A stretch of DNA of 64,000 nucleotides from Anas platyrhynchos (lineage: Eukaryota): positions 5,575,550 to 5,639,549 of the forward strand of contig NC_092617.1 in assembly GCF_047663525.1 (NCBI RefSeq), in the 5' to 3' direction. Positions 22,205-35,109 of this stretch are shown here, in pieces. Numbering within the stretch: position 1 is the stretch's first letter; every line of letters begins with the position of its first letter. A program made the position numbers and the translations under genes. The notes below the pieces were generated by a model that was given only the letters and a program-made list of their open reading frames with translations, ran no database searches and was not told the DNA's origin.

Positions 22205-25200
22205 AGCCCCAAAATCCCCCGAATTCACCCCAAAACCGTTCCCGGCCCAAATGAGCCAAAACCCCGCGAATTCGCCCCAAAATCGCCCCGATCCCAAACG
22301 GGCCGAATCGCCCCAATTTCACCCCAACCCCCCCCGGATTCCCCAATTCCCAAATGCCCCAAAATCGCCCGAATTCACCCCAAAATCGCCATATCCCAAA
22401 GCTTCCGAATCTACCCCAAAATCCCCCGAATTCACCCCAAAATCACCAGGTCCAAAATCCTCCGAATCTACCCCAAAATCCCCTGAATTCACCCCAAAAT
22501 CGCCAGGTCCGAAATGACCCAAATCTCCCCGAATTCACCCCAAATTCCTCATGTCCTAAATCCTCCGAATCTATCCCAAAATCCCCCGAATTCACCCCCA
22601 AATCAGCATGGCCCAAATGACCCAAATTCACCCGAATTCACCCCAAAATGATCCAATTCTCAAATGCCCCAAAATTGCCCGAATACACCCCAAAATCGTC
22701 ATATCCCAAAGCCTACGAATCTACCCCAAAATCCCCCGAATTCACCCCAAAATCGCCAGGTCCGAAATGACCCAAATCTCCCCGAATTCACCCCAAATTC
22801 CTCATATCCCAAATCCCCCGAATCTACCCCAAAATCCCCCAAATTCACCCCAAAATCAGCATGGCCCAAATGACCCAAATCTCCCCAAATTCACCCCAAA
22901 ATGATCCAATTCCCAAATGTCCCAAAATCGCCTGAATTCACCCCAAAATCCCCCCAAATCTCCCATATCCCAAATGCCCCAAATCTCCCCGAATTCACCC
23001 CAAAATCACCATATCCCAAAGCCTCTGAATCTACCCCAAAATCCCCCGAATTCACCCCAAAATCATCCCCGGTCCAAATGAGCCAAAACCCCGCGAATTC
23101 GCCCCAAAATCGCCCCGATCCCAAACGGGCCGAATCTCCCTGAATTCACCCCAAAATTGCCATATCCCAAAGCCTCCGAATCTACCCCAAAATCCCCCGA
23201 ATTCACCCCAAAATCACCATGTCCGAAATGCCCCAAATCTCCCCGAATTCACCCCAAAATGATCCAATTCCCAAATGCCCCAAAATTGCCCGAATTCACC
23301 CCAGAATCGCCATATCCCAAAGCCCCCGAATCTACCCCAAAATCCCCCGAATTCACCCCAAAATCACCAGGTCCAAAATCCTCCGAATCTACCCCAAAAT
23401 CCCCCGAATTCACCCCAAAATCAGCATGGCCCAAATGACCCAAATTCACCCGAATTCACCCCCAAATGATCCAATTCTCAAATGCCCCAAAATCGCCTGA
23501 ATTCACCCCAAAATCCCCCCAAATCTCCCATATCCCAAATGCCCCAAATCTCCCCGAATTCACCCCAAAATCACCATATCCCAAAGCCTCTGAATCTACC
23601 CCAAAATCCCCCGAATTCACCCCAAAATCATCCCCGGTCCAAATGAGCCAAAACCCCGCGAATTCGCCCCAAAATCGCCCCGATCCCAAACGGGCCGAAT
23701 CTCCCTGAATTCACCCCAAAATTGCCATATCCCAAAGCCTCCGAATCTACCCCAAAATCCCCCGAATTCACCCCAAAATCACCATGTCCGAAATGCCCCA
23801 AATCTCCCCGAATTCACCCCAAAATGATCCAATTCCCAAATGCCCCAAAATTGCCCGAATTCACCCCAGAATCGCCATATCCCAAAGCCCCCGAATCTAC
23901 CCCAAAATCCCCCGAATTCACCCCAAAATCACCAGGTCCAAAATCCTCCGAATCTACCCCAAAATCCCCCGAATTCACCCCAAAATCAGCATGGCCCAAA
24001 TGACCCAAATTCACCCGAATTCACCCCCAAATGATCCAATTCTCAAATGCCCCAAAATCGCCTGAATTCACCCCAAAATCCCCCCAAATCTCCCATATCC
24101 CAAATGCCCCAAATCCCCCCGAATTCACCCCAAAATCGCCATATCCCAAAGCCCCCGAATCTACCCCAAAATCCCCCGAATTCACCCCAAAATCACCAGG
24201 TCCAAAATGTCCCAAATCTCCCCGAATTCACCCCAAAATTGCCATATCCCAAAGCCTCCGAATCTACCCCAAAATCCCCCAAATTCACCCCAAAATTGGC
24301 ATCGCCCAAATGACCCAAATCTCCCCAAATTCACCCCAAAATGATCCAATTCCCAAATGTCCCAAAATCGCCGGAATTCCCCCCAAAATCCCCCCAAATC
24401 TCCCATATCCCAAATCCCCCCGAATTCACCCCAAATTCCTCATATCCCAAAGCCTCCGAATCTACCCCAAAATGCCCCGAATTCACCCCAAAATCGCCAG
24501 GTCCGAAATGCCCCAAATTCACCCGAATTCACCCCAAAATGATTCCCGGCCCAAATGACCCAAATCCCCCCGAATTCACCCCAAATTCCTCATATCCCAA
24601 ATCCTCCGAATCTACCCCAAAATCCCCCGAATTCACCCCAAAATTGGCATGGCCCAAATGACCCCAAATCACCCGAATTCACCCCAAAATGATCCAATTC
24701 CCAAATGACCCAAAATCGCCTGAATTCACCCCAAAATCCCCCCAAATCTCCCATATCCCAAATGACCCAAATCTCCCCGAATTCACCCCAAATTCGTCAT
24801 ATCCCAAATCCCCCGAATCTACCCCAAAATCCCCCAAATTCACCCCAAAATCAGCATGGCCCAAATGACCCGAATCTCCCTGAATTCACCCCAAAATCGC
24901 CCCGATCCCAAACGGGCCAAATCCCCCCGAATTCACCCCAAATTCCTCATATCCCAAAGCCTCCGAATCTACCCCAAAATCCCCCGAATTCACCCCAAAA
25001 TTGGCATCGCCCAAATGACCCAAATCTCCCCGAATTCACCCCAAAATGATCTAATTCCCAAATGTCCCAAAATCGCCTGAATTCACCCCAAAAATCCCCC
25101 CAATTCTCCCATATCCCAAATGCCCCAAATCCCCCTGAATTCACCCCAAAATCACCATATTGCAAATCCCCCGAATCTACCCCAAAATCCCCCGAATTCA

Positions 25201-26255
25201 CCCCAAAATCACCAGGTCCGAAATGTCCCAAATCCCCCCAAATTCACCCCAAAATGATCCAATTCCCAAATGCCCCAAAATTGCCCGAATTCACCCCAAA
25301 ATTGCCATATCCCAAAGCCTCCGAATCTACCCCAAAATCCCCCGAATTCACTCCAAAATCGCCAGGTCCGAAATGCCCCAAATCTCCCCGAATTCACCCC
25401 AAAATGATCCAATTCCCAAATGCCCCAAAATTGCCCAAATTCACCCCAAAATCGCCATATCCCAAATCCTCCGAATCTACCCCAAAATCCCCCGAATTCA
25501 CCCCAAAATTGGCATCGCCCAAATGACCCAAAATCCCCCGAATTCACCCCAAAATCATCCCCGGCCCAAATGAGCCAAAACCCCGCGAATTCGCCCCAAA
25601 ATCGCCCCGATCCCAAACGGGCCGAATCGCCCCGATTTCACCCCAAATCCCCCAATTCCCAAATGCCCCAAAATCACCCGAATTCACCCCAAAATCGCCG
25701 TATCCCAAAGCCTCCGAATCTACCCCAAAATCCCCTGAATTCACCCCAAAATCACCATGTCCGAAATGCCCCAAATCTCCCCGAATTCACCCCAAAATGA
25801 TCCAATTCCCAAATGCCCCAAAATCGCCTGAATTCACCCCAAAATCCCCCCAAATCTCCCATATCCCAAATGACCCAAATCCCCCCGAATTCACCCCAAA
25901 ATCGCCATATCCCAAATCCTCCGAATCTACCCCAAAATCCCCCGAATTCACCCCAAAATCAGCATGGCCCAAATGACCCAAATTCACCCGAATTCACCCC
26001 AAAATGATCCAATTCCCAAATGCCCCAAAATCGCCTGAATTCACCCAAAATCCCCCCAAATCTCCCATATCCCAAATGACCCAAATCCCCCTGAATTCAC
26101 CCCAAAATCGCCAGGTCCGAAATGCCCCAAATCTCCCCGAATTCACCCCAAAATGATCCAATTCCCAAATGTCCCAAAATCCCCCGAATTCACCCCAAAC
26201 CCCCCCAATTCCCAAATGCCCCAAAATCACCGGAATTCACCCCAAAATCCTCCCC
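22205..26255. repeat. (CCCCAAAATCRCCNGAATTCACC)n with an about 95-bp subunit and a 565-bp higher-order repeat. Copies are nearly identical, for example 22891-23455 and 23456-24020
   Basis: Identical ORF-track peptides at +565 offsets. GAATTC appears in every subunit. Confidence 0.9.
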
Positions 26256-26259
26256 GCAG

Positions 26260-26374
26260 GCCCCCCCAGGCCTCCCCCTCCCCCCTGGCCGTGGCCGTGG
26301 CCCCCTCGGGGCTGGGGGCGGCCGTGGGCAGCGCCCGGGGAGGGGTCCAGCTGCTGGAAACCAGTAACGGCCGG
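26260..26374 (+). CDS. NWD1: NWD1-like WD40 exon (-R PPQASPSPLAVAVAPSGLGAAVGSARGGVQLLETSNGR)
   Basis: Acceptor ctccccgcag|G and donor CGG|GTACTG. The alternative donor CCA|GTAACG is rejected because only the first one restores a canonical WD40 repeat with the next exon. Confidence 0.6.
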
Positions 26375-26377
26375 GTA

Positions 26378-27345
26378 CTGGGAGCACTGGGAGCACTGGG
26401 ACGGGGCTGGGGGGGGACTGGGAGGGACTGGGAGAGACTGGGAGGGGACTGGGAGGGACTGGGAGGGACTGGGAGGGGATTTGGGGGGACTGGGAGGGTG
26501 TAATGGGGGGACTGGGGGGAACTGGGGCATACTGGGAGCAAACTGGGAGGGACTGGGGGGAACTGGGAGGGAACTGGGAGGAACTGGGAGGGACTGGGAG
26601 GGGGTAATGGGGGGACTGGGGGGAATTGGGGCATACTGGGAGCAAACTGGGAGGGACAGGGAGGGACTGGGAGGGAACTGGGAGGGAACTGGGGGCAACT
26701 GGGGGGAACTGGGAGGGACTGGGAGGGGAAATGGGGGGACTGGGGGGAACTGGGAGGGAACTGGGGAGAACTGGGAGGGACTGGGGGGAACTGGGATGGA
26801 CTGGGAAGGACTGGGAGGGACTGGGATGGGGTAATGGGGGGACTGGGAGGGACTGGGAGGGAGAACTGGGCATTTATACTGGTCTATACTGGTCTACACT
26901 GGTATATACTGGTTTATACTGGTCTATACTGGTCTATACCGGTCTATACTGGTCCATACTGGTTTATACTGGTCCATACTGGTCTATACTGGTGTATACT
27001 GGTCTAGATTGGTCTATACTGGTGTGAGACTGGGGCGGGAGGAGGGGTAGAATGGGTTGTGGATGGGTCCATACTGGTCCATACTGGTCCATACTGGTCC
27101 ATACTGGTTTATAATGGTTTATACTGGTCTATACTGGTCTGTACTGGTTTATACTGGTATATACTGGTCTATACTGGTGTGAGACTGGGGCGGGAGGCAG
27201 GGGAGAAGGGGTTGTGGGTGGGTCCATACTGGTCCATACTGGTCCATACTGGTCCATACTGGTCTATACTGGTTTATACTGGTTATACTGGTCTGTACTG
27301 GTTTTTACTGGTTTGTACTGGTTTCTACTGGTCCGTACTGGTTGC
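26378..27345. repeat. (GGGACTGGGAGG)n followed by (TACTGGTCYA)n
   Basis: Direct reading. The same pair recurs at 35280-36960. Confidence 0.9.
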
Positions 27346-27347
27346 AG

Positions 27348-27472
27348 GTGCTGCAGGAGCTGCAGGGCAGCGTGGGGGGGGTGACGGCCGTGGCTTTCGT
27401 CACCGATGACGTCATCGCGCTGGGCGGGGCCGGGGGGGACCTGGAGCTCTGGGACCTGCGCAGGGGGCACAG
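27348..27472 (+). CDS. NWD1: NWD1-like WD40 exon (VLQELQGSVGGVTAVAFVTDDVIALGGAGGDLELWDLRRGH-)
   Basis: Acceptor ccgtactggttgcag|G and donor AG|GTGGGGCGCTATGG, which is the satellite unit. It is a canonical WD repeat and carries one in-frame GATGACGTCATC unit. Confidence 0.65.
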
Positions 27473-27474
27473 GT

Positions 27475-30400
27475 GGGGCGCTATGGGGCAGCTATGGGGC
27501 GGCTATGGGGCAGCTATGGGGCAGCTATGGGGTGGTTATGGGGCGCTATGGGGCGGCTATGGGGCGGCTATGGGGCAGCTATGGGGTGGTTATGGGGCGC
27601 TATGGGGCGGCTATGGGGCGGCTATGGGGCAGCTATGGGGCGCTATGGGGCGGCTATGGGGCAGCTATGGGGCGGGGGTGGGGTGGTTATGGGGCACTTA
27701 TGGGGTGGGTATGGGGCGCTATGGGGTGATTATGGGGCACTTATGGGGCGCTATGGGGCGGCTATGGGGCAGCTATGGGGCGGCTATGGGGCAGCTATGG
27801 GGTGGTTATGGGGTGGTTATGGGGTGGTTATGGGGCAGTTATGGGGTGGTTATGGGGCAGCTATGGGGCACTTATGGGGCAGTTATGGGATCATTATGGG
27901 ATGGTTATGGGGTCTCTATGGGTCACTTATAGGTTGCTATGGGGCAGCTATGGGGCAGTTATAGGATCATTATGGGATGGCTATGGGGCACTTATGGGAT
28001 CACTATGGGGTCTCTCTGCCGTCACTTATGGGTCACTTATGGGTCACTTATGGGGCACTTATGGGTCACTTATGGGGCGCTATGGGGCACTTATGGGTCA
28101 CTTATGGGGCACTTATGGGGCACTTATGGGGCACTTATGGGGCGCTATGGGGCAGCTATGGGTCACTTATGGGGCACTTATGGGTCACTTATGGGTCACT
28201 TATGGGGCAGCTATGGGGTCACTTATGGGTCACTTATGGGGCACTTATGGGGCGCTATGGGGCAGCTATGGGGCACTTATGGGGCACTTATGGGGCAGTT
28301 ATGGGGCACTTATGGGTCACTTATGGGGCACTTATGGGGCACTTATGGGGCACTTATGGGGCGCTATGGGGCACTTATGGGTCACTTATGGGGCACTTAT
28401 GGGGCACTTATGGGGCGCTATGGGGTCACTTATGGGGCACTTATGGGGCACTTATGGGGCACTTATGGGGCGCTATGGGGTCACTTATGGGTCACTTATG
28501 GGGCACTTATGGGGCACTTATGGGGCGCTATGGGGTCACTTATGGGGCACTTATGGGGCACTTATGGGGCACTTATGGGGCGCTATGGGGTCACTTATGG
28601 GGCACTTATGGGGCACTTATGGGGCACTTATGGGGCGCTATGGGGTCACTTATGGGGCACTTATGGGGCACTTATGGGGCACTTATGGGGCGCTATGGGG
28701 TCACTTATGGGGCACTTATGGGGCACTTATGGGGCACTTATGGGGCGCTATGGGGTCACTTATGGGTCACTTATGGGGCACTTATGGGGCACTTATGGGG
28801 CGCTATGGGGTCACTTATGGGGCACTTATGGGGCACTTATGGGGCACTTATGGGGCACTTATGGGGCACTTATGGGGCGCTATGGGGCAGGCTATGGGGC
28901 ACTTATGGGATCATTATGGGGTCACTTATGGGGCACTTATGGGGCACTTATGGGGCACTTATGGGGCACTTATGGGGCGCTATGGGGTCACTTATGGGTC
29001 ACTTATGGGGCACTTATGGGGCACTTATGGGGCGCTATGGGGTCACTTATGGGGCACTTATGGGGCACTTATGGGGCACTTATGGGGCACTTATGGGGCA
29101 CTTATGGGGCGCTATGGGGCAGGCTATGGGGCACTTATGGGATCATTATGGGGTCACTTATGGGTCACTTATGGGGCACTTATGGGGCACTTATGGGTCA
29201 CTTATGGGGCACTTATGGGGCACTTATGGGGCACTTATGGGGCGCTATGGGGCAGCTATGGGGTCACTTATGGGTCACTTATGGGGCGCTATGGGGCAGG
29301 CTATGGGGTCACTTATGGGTCACTTATGGGTCACTTATGGGGCACTTATGGGTCACTTATGGGTCACTTATGGGGCACTTATGGGTCACTTATGGGTCAC
29401 TTATGGGGCACTTATGGGGCGCTATGGGGCACTTATGGGTCACTTATGGGTCACTTATGGGTCACTTATGGGGCGCTATGGGGCAGCTATGGGGTCACTT
29501 ATGGGGCACTTATGGGGCACTTATGGGGCACTTATGGGGCACTTTTGGTCACTTATGGGGCGCTTATGGGTCACTTATCGGGCACTTATGGGGCACTTAT
29601 GGGTCACTTATGGGTCACTTATGGGGCACTTATGGGGCACTTATGGGTCGCTATGGGGCAGCTATGGGGCGGGGGTGGGGTGGTTATGGGGCACTTATGG
29701 GGTGGGTATGGGGCGCTATGGGGTGATTATGGGGCACTTATGGGGCGCTATGGGGCAGCTATGGGGCGGCTATGGGGCAGCTATGGGGCAGCTATGGGGT
29801 GGTTATGGGGCGCTATGGGGCGGCTATGGGGCGGCTATGGGGCAGCTATGGGGTGGTTATGGGGCGCTATGGGGCGGCTATGGGGCGGCTATGGGGCAGC
29901 TATGGGGCGCTATGGGGCGGCTATGGGGCAGCTATGGGGCGGGGGTGGGGTGGTTATGGGGCACTTATGGGGTGGGTATGGGGCGCTATGGGGTGATTAT
30001 GGGGCACTTATGGGGCGCTATGGGGCGGCTATGGGGCAGCTATGGGGCGGCTATGGGGCAGCTATGGGGTGGTTATGGGGTGGTTATGGGGTGGTTATGG
30101 GGCAGTTATGGGGTGGTTATGGGGCAGCTATGGGGCACTTATGGGGCAGTTATGGGATCATTATGGGATGGTTATGGGGTCTCTATGGGTCACTTATAGG
30201 TTGCTATGGGGCAGCTATGGGGCAGTTATAGGATCATTATGGGATGGCTATGGGGCACTTATGGGATCACTATGGGGTCTCTCTGCCGTCACTTATGGGT
30301 CACTTATGGGTCACTTATGGGGCACTTATGGGTCACTTATGGGGCGCTATGGGGCACTTATGGGTCACTTATGGGGCACTTATGGGGCACTTATGGGGCA

Positions 30401-33400
30401 CTTATGGGGCGCTATGGGGCACCTATGGGTCACTTATGGGGCACTTATGGGTCACTTATGGGTCACTTATGGGGCAGCTATGGGGTCACTTATGGGTCAC
30501 TTATGGGGCACTTATGGGGCGCTATGGGGCAGCTATGGGGCACTTATGGGGCACTTATGGGGCAGTTATGGGGCACTTATGGGTCACTTATGGGGCACTT
30601 ATGGGGCACTTATGGGGCACTTATGGGGCGCTATGGGGCACTTATGGGTCACTTATGGGGCACTTATGGGGCACTTATGGGGCGCTATGGGGTCACTTAT
30701 GGGGCACTTATGGGGCACTTATGGGGCACTTATGGGGCGCTATGGGGTCACTTATGGGTCACTTATGGGGCACTTATGGGGCACTTATGGGGCGCTATGG
30801 GGTCACTTATGGGGCACTTATGGGGCACTTATGGGGCACTTATGGGGCGCTATGGGGTCACTTATGGGGCACTTATGGGGCACTTATGGGGCACTTATGG
30901 GGCGCTATGGGGTCACTTATGGGGCACTTATGGGGCACTTATGGGGCACTTATGGGGCGCTATGGGGTCACTTATGGGGCACTTATGGGGCACTTATGGG
31001 GCACTTATGGGGCGCTATGGGGTCACTTATGGGTCACTTATGGGGCACTTATGGGGCACTTATGGGGCGCTATGGGGTCACTTATGGGGCACTTATGGGG
31101 CACTTATGGGGCACTTATGGGGCACTTATGGGGCACTTATGGGGCGCTATGGGGCAGGCTATGGGGCACTTATGGGATCATTATGGGGTCACTTATGGGG
31201 CACTTATGGGGCACTTATGGGGCACTTATGGGGCACTTATGGGGCGCTATGGGGTCACTTATGGGTCACTTATGGGGCACTTATGGGGCACTTATGGGGC
31301 GCTATGGGGTCACTTATGGGGCACTTATGGGGCACTTATGGGGCACTTATGGGGCACTTATGGGGCACTTATGGGGCGCTATGGGGCAGGCTATGGGGCA
31401 CTTATGGGATCATTATGGGGTCACTTATGGGTCACTTATGGGGCACTTATGGGGCACTTATGGGTCACTTATGGGGCACTTATGGGGCACTTATGGGGCA
31501 CTTATGGGGCGCTATGGGGCAGCTATGGGGTCACTTATGGGTCACTTATGGGGCGCTATGGGGCAGGCTATGGGGTCACTTATGGGTCACTTATGGGTCA
31601 CTTATGGGGCACTTATGGGTCACTTATGGGTCACTTATGGGGCACTTATGGGTCACTTATGGGTCACTTATGGGGCACTTATGGGGCGCTATGGGGCACT
31701 TATGGGTCACTTATGGGTCACTTATGGGTCACTTATGGGGCGCTATGGGGCAGCTATGGGGTCACTTATGGGGCACTTATGGGGCACTTATGGGGCACTT
31801 ATGGGGCACTTTTGGTCACTTATGGGGCGCTTATGGGTCACTTATCGGGCACTTATGGGGCACTTATGGGTCACTTATGGGTCACTTATGGGGCACTTAT
31901 GGGGCACTTATGGGTCGCTATGGGGCAGCTATGGGGTCACTTATGGGTCACTTATGGGGCGCTATGGGGCAGGCTATGGGGTCACTTATGGGTCACTTAT
32001 GGGACACTTATGGGGCACTTATGGGGCACTTATGGGGCACTTATGGGGCAGCTATGGGGTCACTTATGGGTCACACTGGGGTCACTTATGGGTCGCTATG
32101 GGGCAGCTATGGGGCACTTATGGGGCACTTATGGGTCACTTATGGGTCACTTATGGGGCACTTATGGGGCACTTATGGGGCGCTATGGGGCACTTATGGG
32201 TCACTTATGGGGCACTTATGGGGCACTTATGGGGCGCTATGGGGCACTTATGGGGCACTTATGGGGCACTTATGGGGCACTTATGGGGCGCTATGGGGCA
32301 GCTATGGGGCACTTATGGGGCAGCTATGGGGCAGGCTATGGGGCACTTATGGGTCACTTATGGGTCACTTATGGGGCACTTATGGGGCACTTATGGGGCA
32401 CTTATGGGTCACTTATGGGGCACTTATGGGGCACTTATGGGTCACTTATGGGGCACTTATGGGGCACTTATGGGGCGCTATGGGTCACTTATGGGGCACT
32501 TATGGGGCACTTATGGGTCACTTATGGGTCTCTATGGGGCAGCTACGGGGTCTCTGTGGGGTCTCTATGGGGTCACTTATGGGGCGCTATGGGGCAGCCA
32601 TGGGGTCACTTATGGGGCACTTATGGGTCACTTATGAGGCACTTATGGGGCACTTATGGGTCACTTATGGGGCACTTATGGGGCACTTACGGGTCACTTA
32701 TGGGTCACTTATGGGGCAGCTATGGGGCAGTTATAGGATCATTATGGGATGGTTATGGGGCACTTATGGGGCACTTATGGGGCACTTATGGGGCACTTAT
32801 GGGGCACTTATGGGTCACTTATGGGGCGCTATGGGGCACTTATGGGTCACTTATGGGGCAGTTATGGGGCACTTATGGGACACTTATGGGACACTTATGG
32901 GTCACTATGGGTCACTTATGGGGCGCTATGGGGCAGGCTATGGGGTCACTTATGGGTCACTTATGGGTCACTTATGGGGCACTTATGGGGCACTTATGGG
33001 GCACTTATGGGTCGCTATGGGTCAGTTATGGGTCACTTATGGGGCACTTATGGGGCACTTATGGGGCACTATGGGTCACTTATGGGGCACTTATGGGGCA
33101 CTTATGGGGCACTTACGGGATCATTATGGGGTCTCTATGGGGCAGCTATGGGGCACTTATGGGTCACTTATGGGTCACTTATGGGTCACTTATGGGGCAC
33201 TTATGGGGCACTTATGGGGCACTTATGGGTCACTTATGGGTCACTTATGGGGCACTTATGGGGCACTTATGGGTCACTTATGGGTCACTATGGGGCACTT
33301 ATGGGGTCAATTATGGGGTCACTTATGGGGCGCTATGGGTCACTTATGGGTCACTTATGGGGCACTTATGGGGCACTTATGGGGCACTTATGGGTCACTT

Positions 33401-34955
33401 ATGGGGCGCTATGGGGCAGCTATGGGGTCACTTATGGGTCACTTATGGGTCACTTATGGGTCACTTATGGGGCACTTATGGGTCACTTATGGGTCACTTA
33501 TGGGGCACTTATGGGTCACTTATGGGTCACTTATGGGGCGCTATGGGGTCACTTATGGGTCACTTATGGGTCACTTATGGGGCACTTATGGGGCACTTAT
33601 GGGGCACTTATGGGGCACTTATGGGGCGCTATGGGGCAGCTATGGGGCAGCTATGGGGTCACTTATGGGTCACTTATGGGGCGCTATGGGGCACTTATGG
33701 GGCACTTATGGGTCACTTATGGGTCACTTATGGGGCACTTATGGGGCACTTATGGGTCACTTATGGGGCACTTATGGGGTCACTTATGGGGCACTTATGG
33801 GTCACTTATGGGTCACTTATGGGGCACTTATGGGGTCACTTATGGGTCACTTATGGGTCACTTATGGGGCACTTATGGGGCACTTATGGGGCACTTATGG
33901 GTCACTTATGGGGCACTTATGGGGCACTTATGGGGCGCTATGGGGCACTTATGGGTCACTTATGGGTCACTTATGGGTCACTTATGGGGCACTTATGGGT
34001 CACTTATGGGGCACTTATGGGGCACTTATGGGGCACTTATGGGGCACTTATGAGGCACTTATGGGGCACTTATGGGGCACTTATGGGGCACTTATGGGTC
34101 ACTTATGGGGCACTTATGGGGCACTTATGGGTCACTTATGGGGCACTTATGGGTCACTTATGGGGCACTTATGGGGCACTTATGGGTCACTTATGGGGCG
34201 CTATGGGGCACTTATGGGGCACTTATGGGGCACTTATGGGGCACTTATGGGTCACTTATGGGGCGCTATGGGGCAGCTATGGGGTCACTTATGGGTCACT
34301 TATGGGGCACTTATGGGTCACTTATGGGGCACTTATGGGGCGCTATGGGTCACTTATGGGGCAGCTATGGGGCAGTTATAGGATCATTATGGGATGGTTA
34401 TGGGTCACTTATGGGGCGCTATGGGGCAGGCTATGGGTCACTTATGGGGCACTTATGGGTCACTTATGGGTCACTTATGGGTCGCTATGGGGCACTTATG
34501 GGGCACTTATGGGGCACTTATGAGGCACTTATGGGGCACTTATGGGTCACTTATGGGGCGCTATGGGGCACTTATGGGTCACTTATGGGTCACTTATGGG
34601 GCACTTATGGGGCACTTATGGGGCACTTATGGGGCACTTATGGGTCACTTATGGGGCACTTATGGGGCACTTATGGGGCACTTATGGGTCACTTATGGGG
34701 CAGCTATGGGGCACTTATGGGTCACTTATGGGGCACTTATGGGGCACTTATGGGGCACTTATGGGTCACTTATGGGGCACTTATGGGGCACTTATGGGGC
34801 ACTTATGGGTCACTTATGGGGCAGCTATGGGGCACTTATGGGTCACTTATGGGGCACTTATGGGGCACTTATGGGGCACTTATGGGTCACTTATGGGGCA
34901 CTTATGGGGCACTTATGGGGCACTTATGGGGCACTTATGGGGCGCTATGGGGCAG
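27475..34955. repeat. 7.5-kb satellite (GGGGCACTTATGG / GGGTCACTTATGG / GGGGCGCTATGG)n with 10-11-bp units. It contains a near-identical tandem duplication of about 2267 bp (27775-30041 against 30042-32308)
   Basis: ORF-track peptides at 27775/30042, 27939/30206 and 27977/30244 are identical over hundreds of residues. Confidence 0.9.
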
Positions 34956-35052
34956 GCTATGGGGCGCCCAGGCCCACCGGGGCCCGGTGACCGCCCTGAG
35001 CCCCCGGCCCGGGGGGGGGCTGCTGAGCACCGGCCTGGACGGGACCCTCCAG
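34956..35052 (+). CDS. NWD1: NWD1-like WD40 exon (-R LWGAQAHRGPVTALSPRPGGGLLSTGLDGTLQ)
   Basis: The acceptor ggggcag|G lies inside a satellite unit and has a weak polypyrimidine tract. Donor CAG|GTAAGG, followed by three GATGACGTC units. The alternative acceptor at 34971 fails on phase. Confidence 0.5.
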
Positions 35053-35109
35053 GTAAGGCCCCCCCCCCCCTTGATGACGTCATCGATGACGTCACTGATG
35101 ACGTCATCC

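Noticed and set aside
20847-22346. 499-aa minus-strand ORF and other minus-strand ORFs across the window
   Set aside because: The same stop-free-repeat artefact applies. There are no splice-consistent exon islands or domain-like sequence on the minus strand. All recognisable coding islands are on the plus strand
26361-26365. Alternative donor CCA|GTAACG for the exon at 26260
   Set aside because: It gives a phase-1 end that is incompatible with the next exon. The GTACTG donor at 26375 joins ...LLETSNGR to VLQELQGSVGGVTAVAF..., a canonical WD40 repeat
27775-34523. Very long ORFs on the six-frame track, for example 30042..34523 at 1493 aa, 30206..34381, 44718..48515, 45199..48507, 41536..45198 and 19259..22486
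   Set aside because: They are translations of short-unit G-rich satellites that lack stop trinucleotides in several frames on both strands. The peptides are pure low-complexity (GHLWGTYGALM.., GSMGPDLWVRIYG..). Overlapping ORFs in all frames and on both strands are what stop-poor repeats produce
34972-35052. Acceptor cccag|GCC at 34970 for the WD exon
   Set aside because: It is phase-0 and incompatible with the preceding phase-2 donor. The acceptor ggggcag|G at 34954-34955 fits the phase and gives GH-R-LWG..
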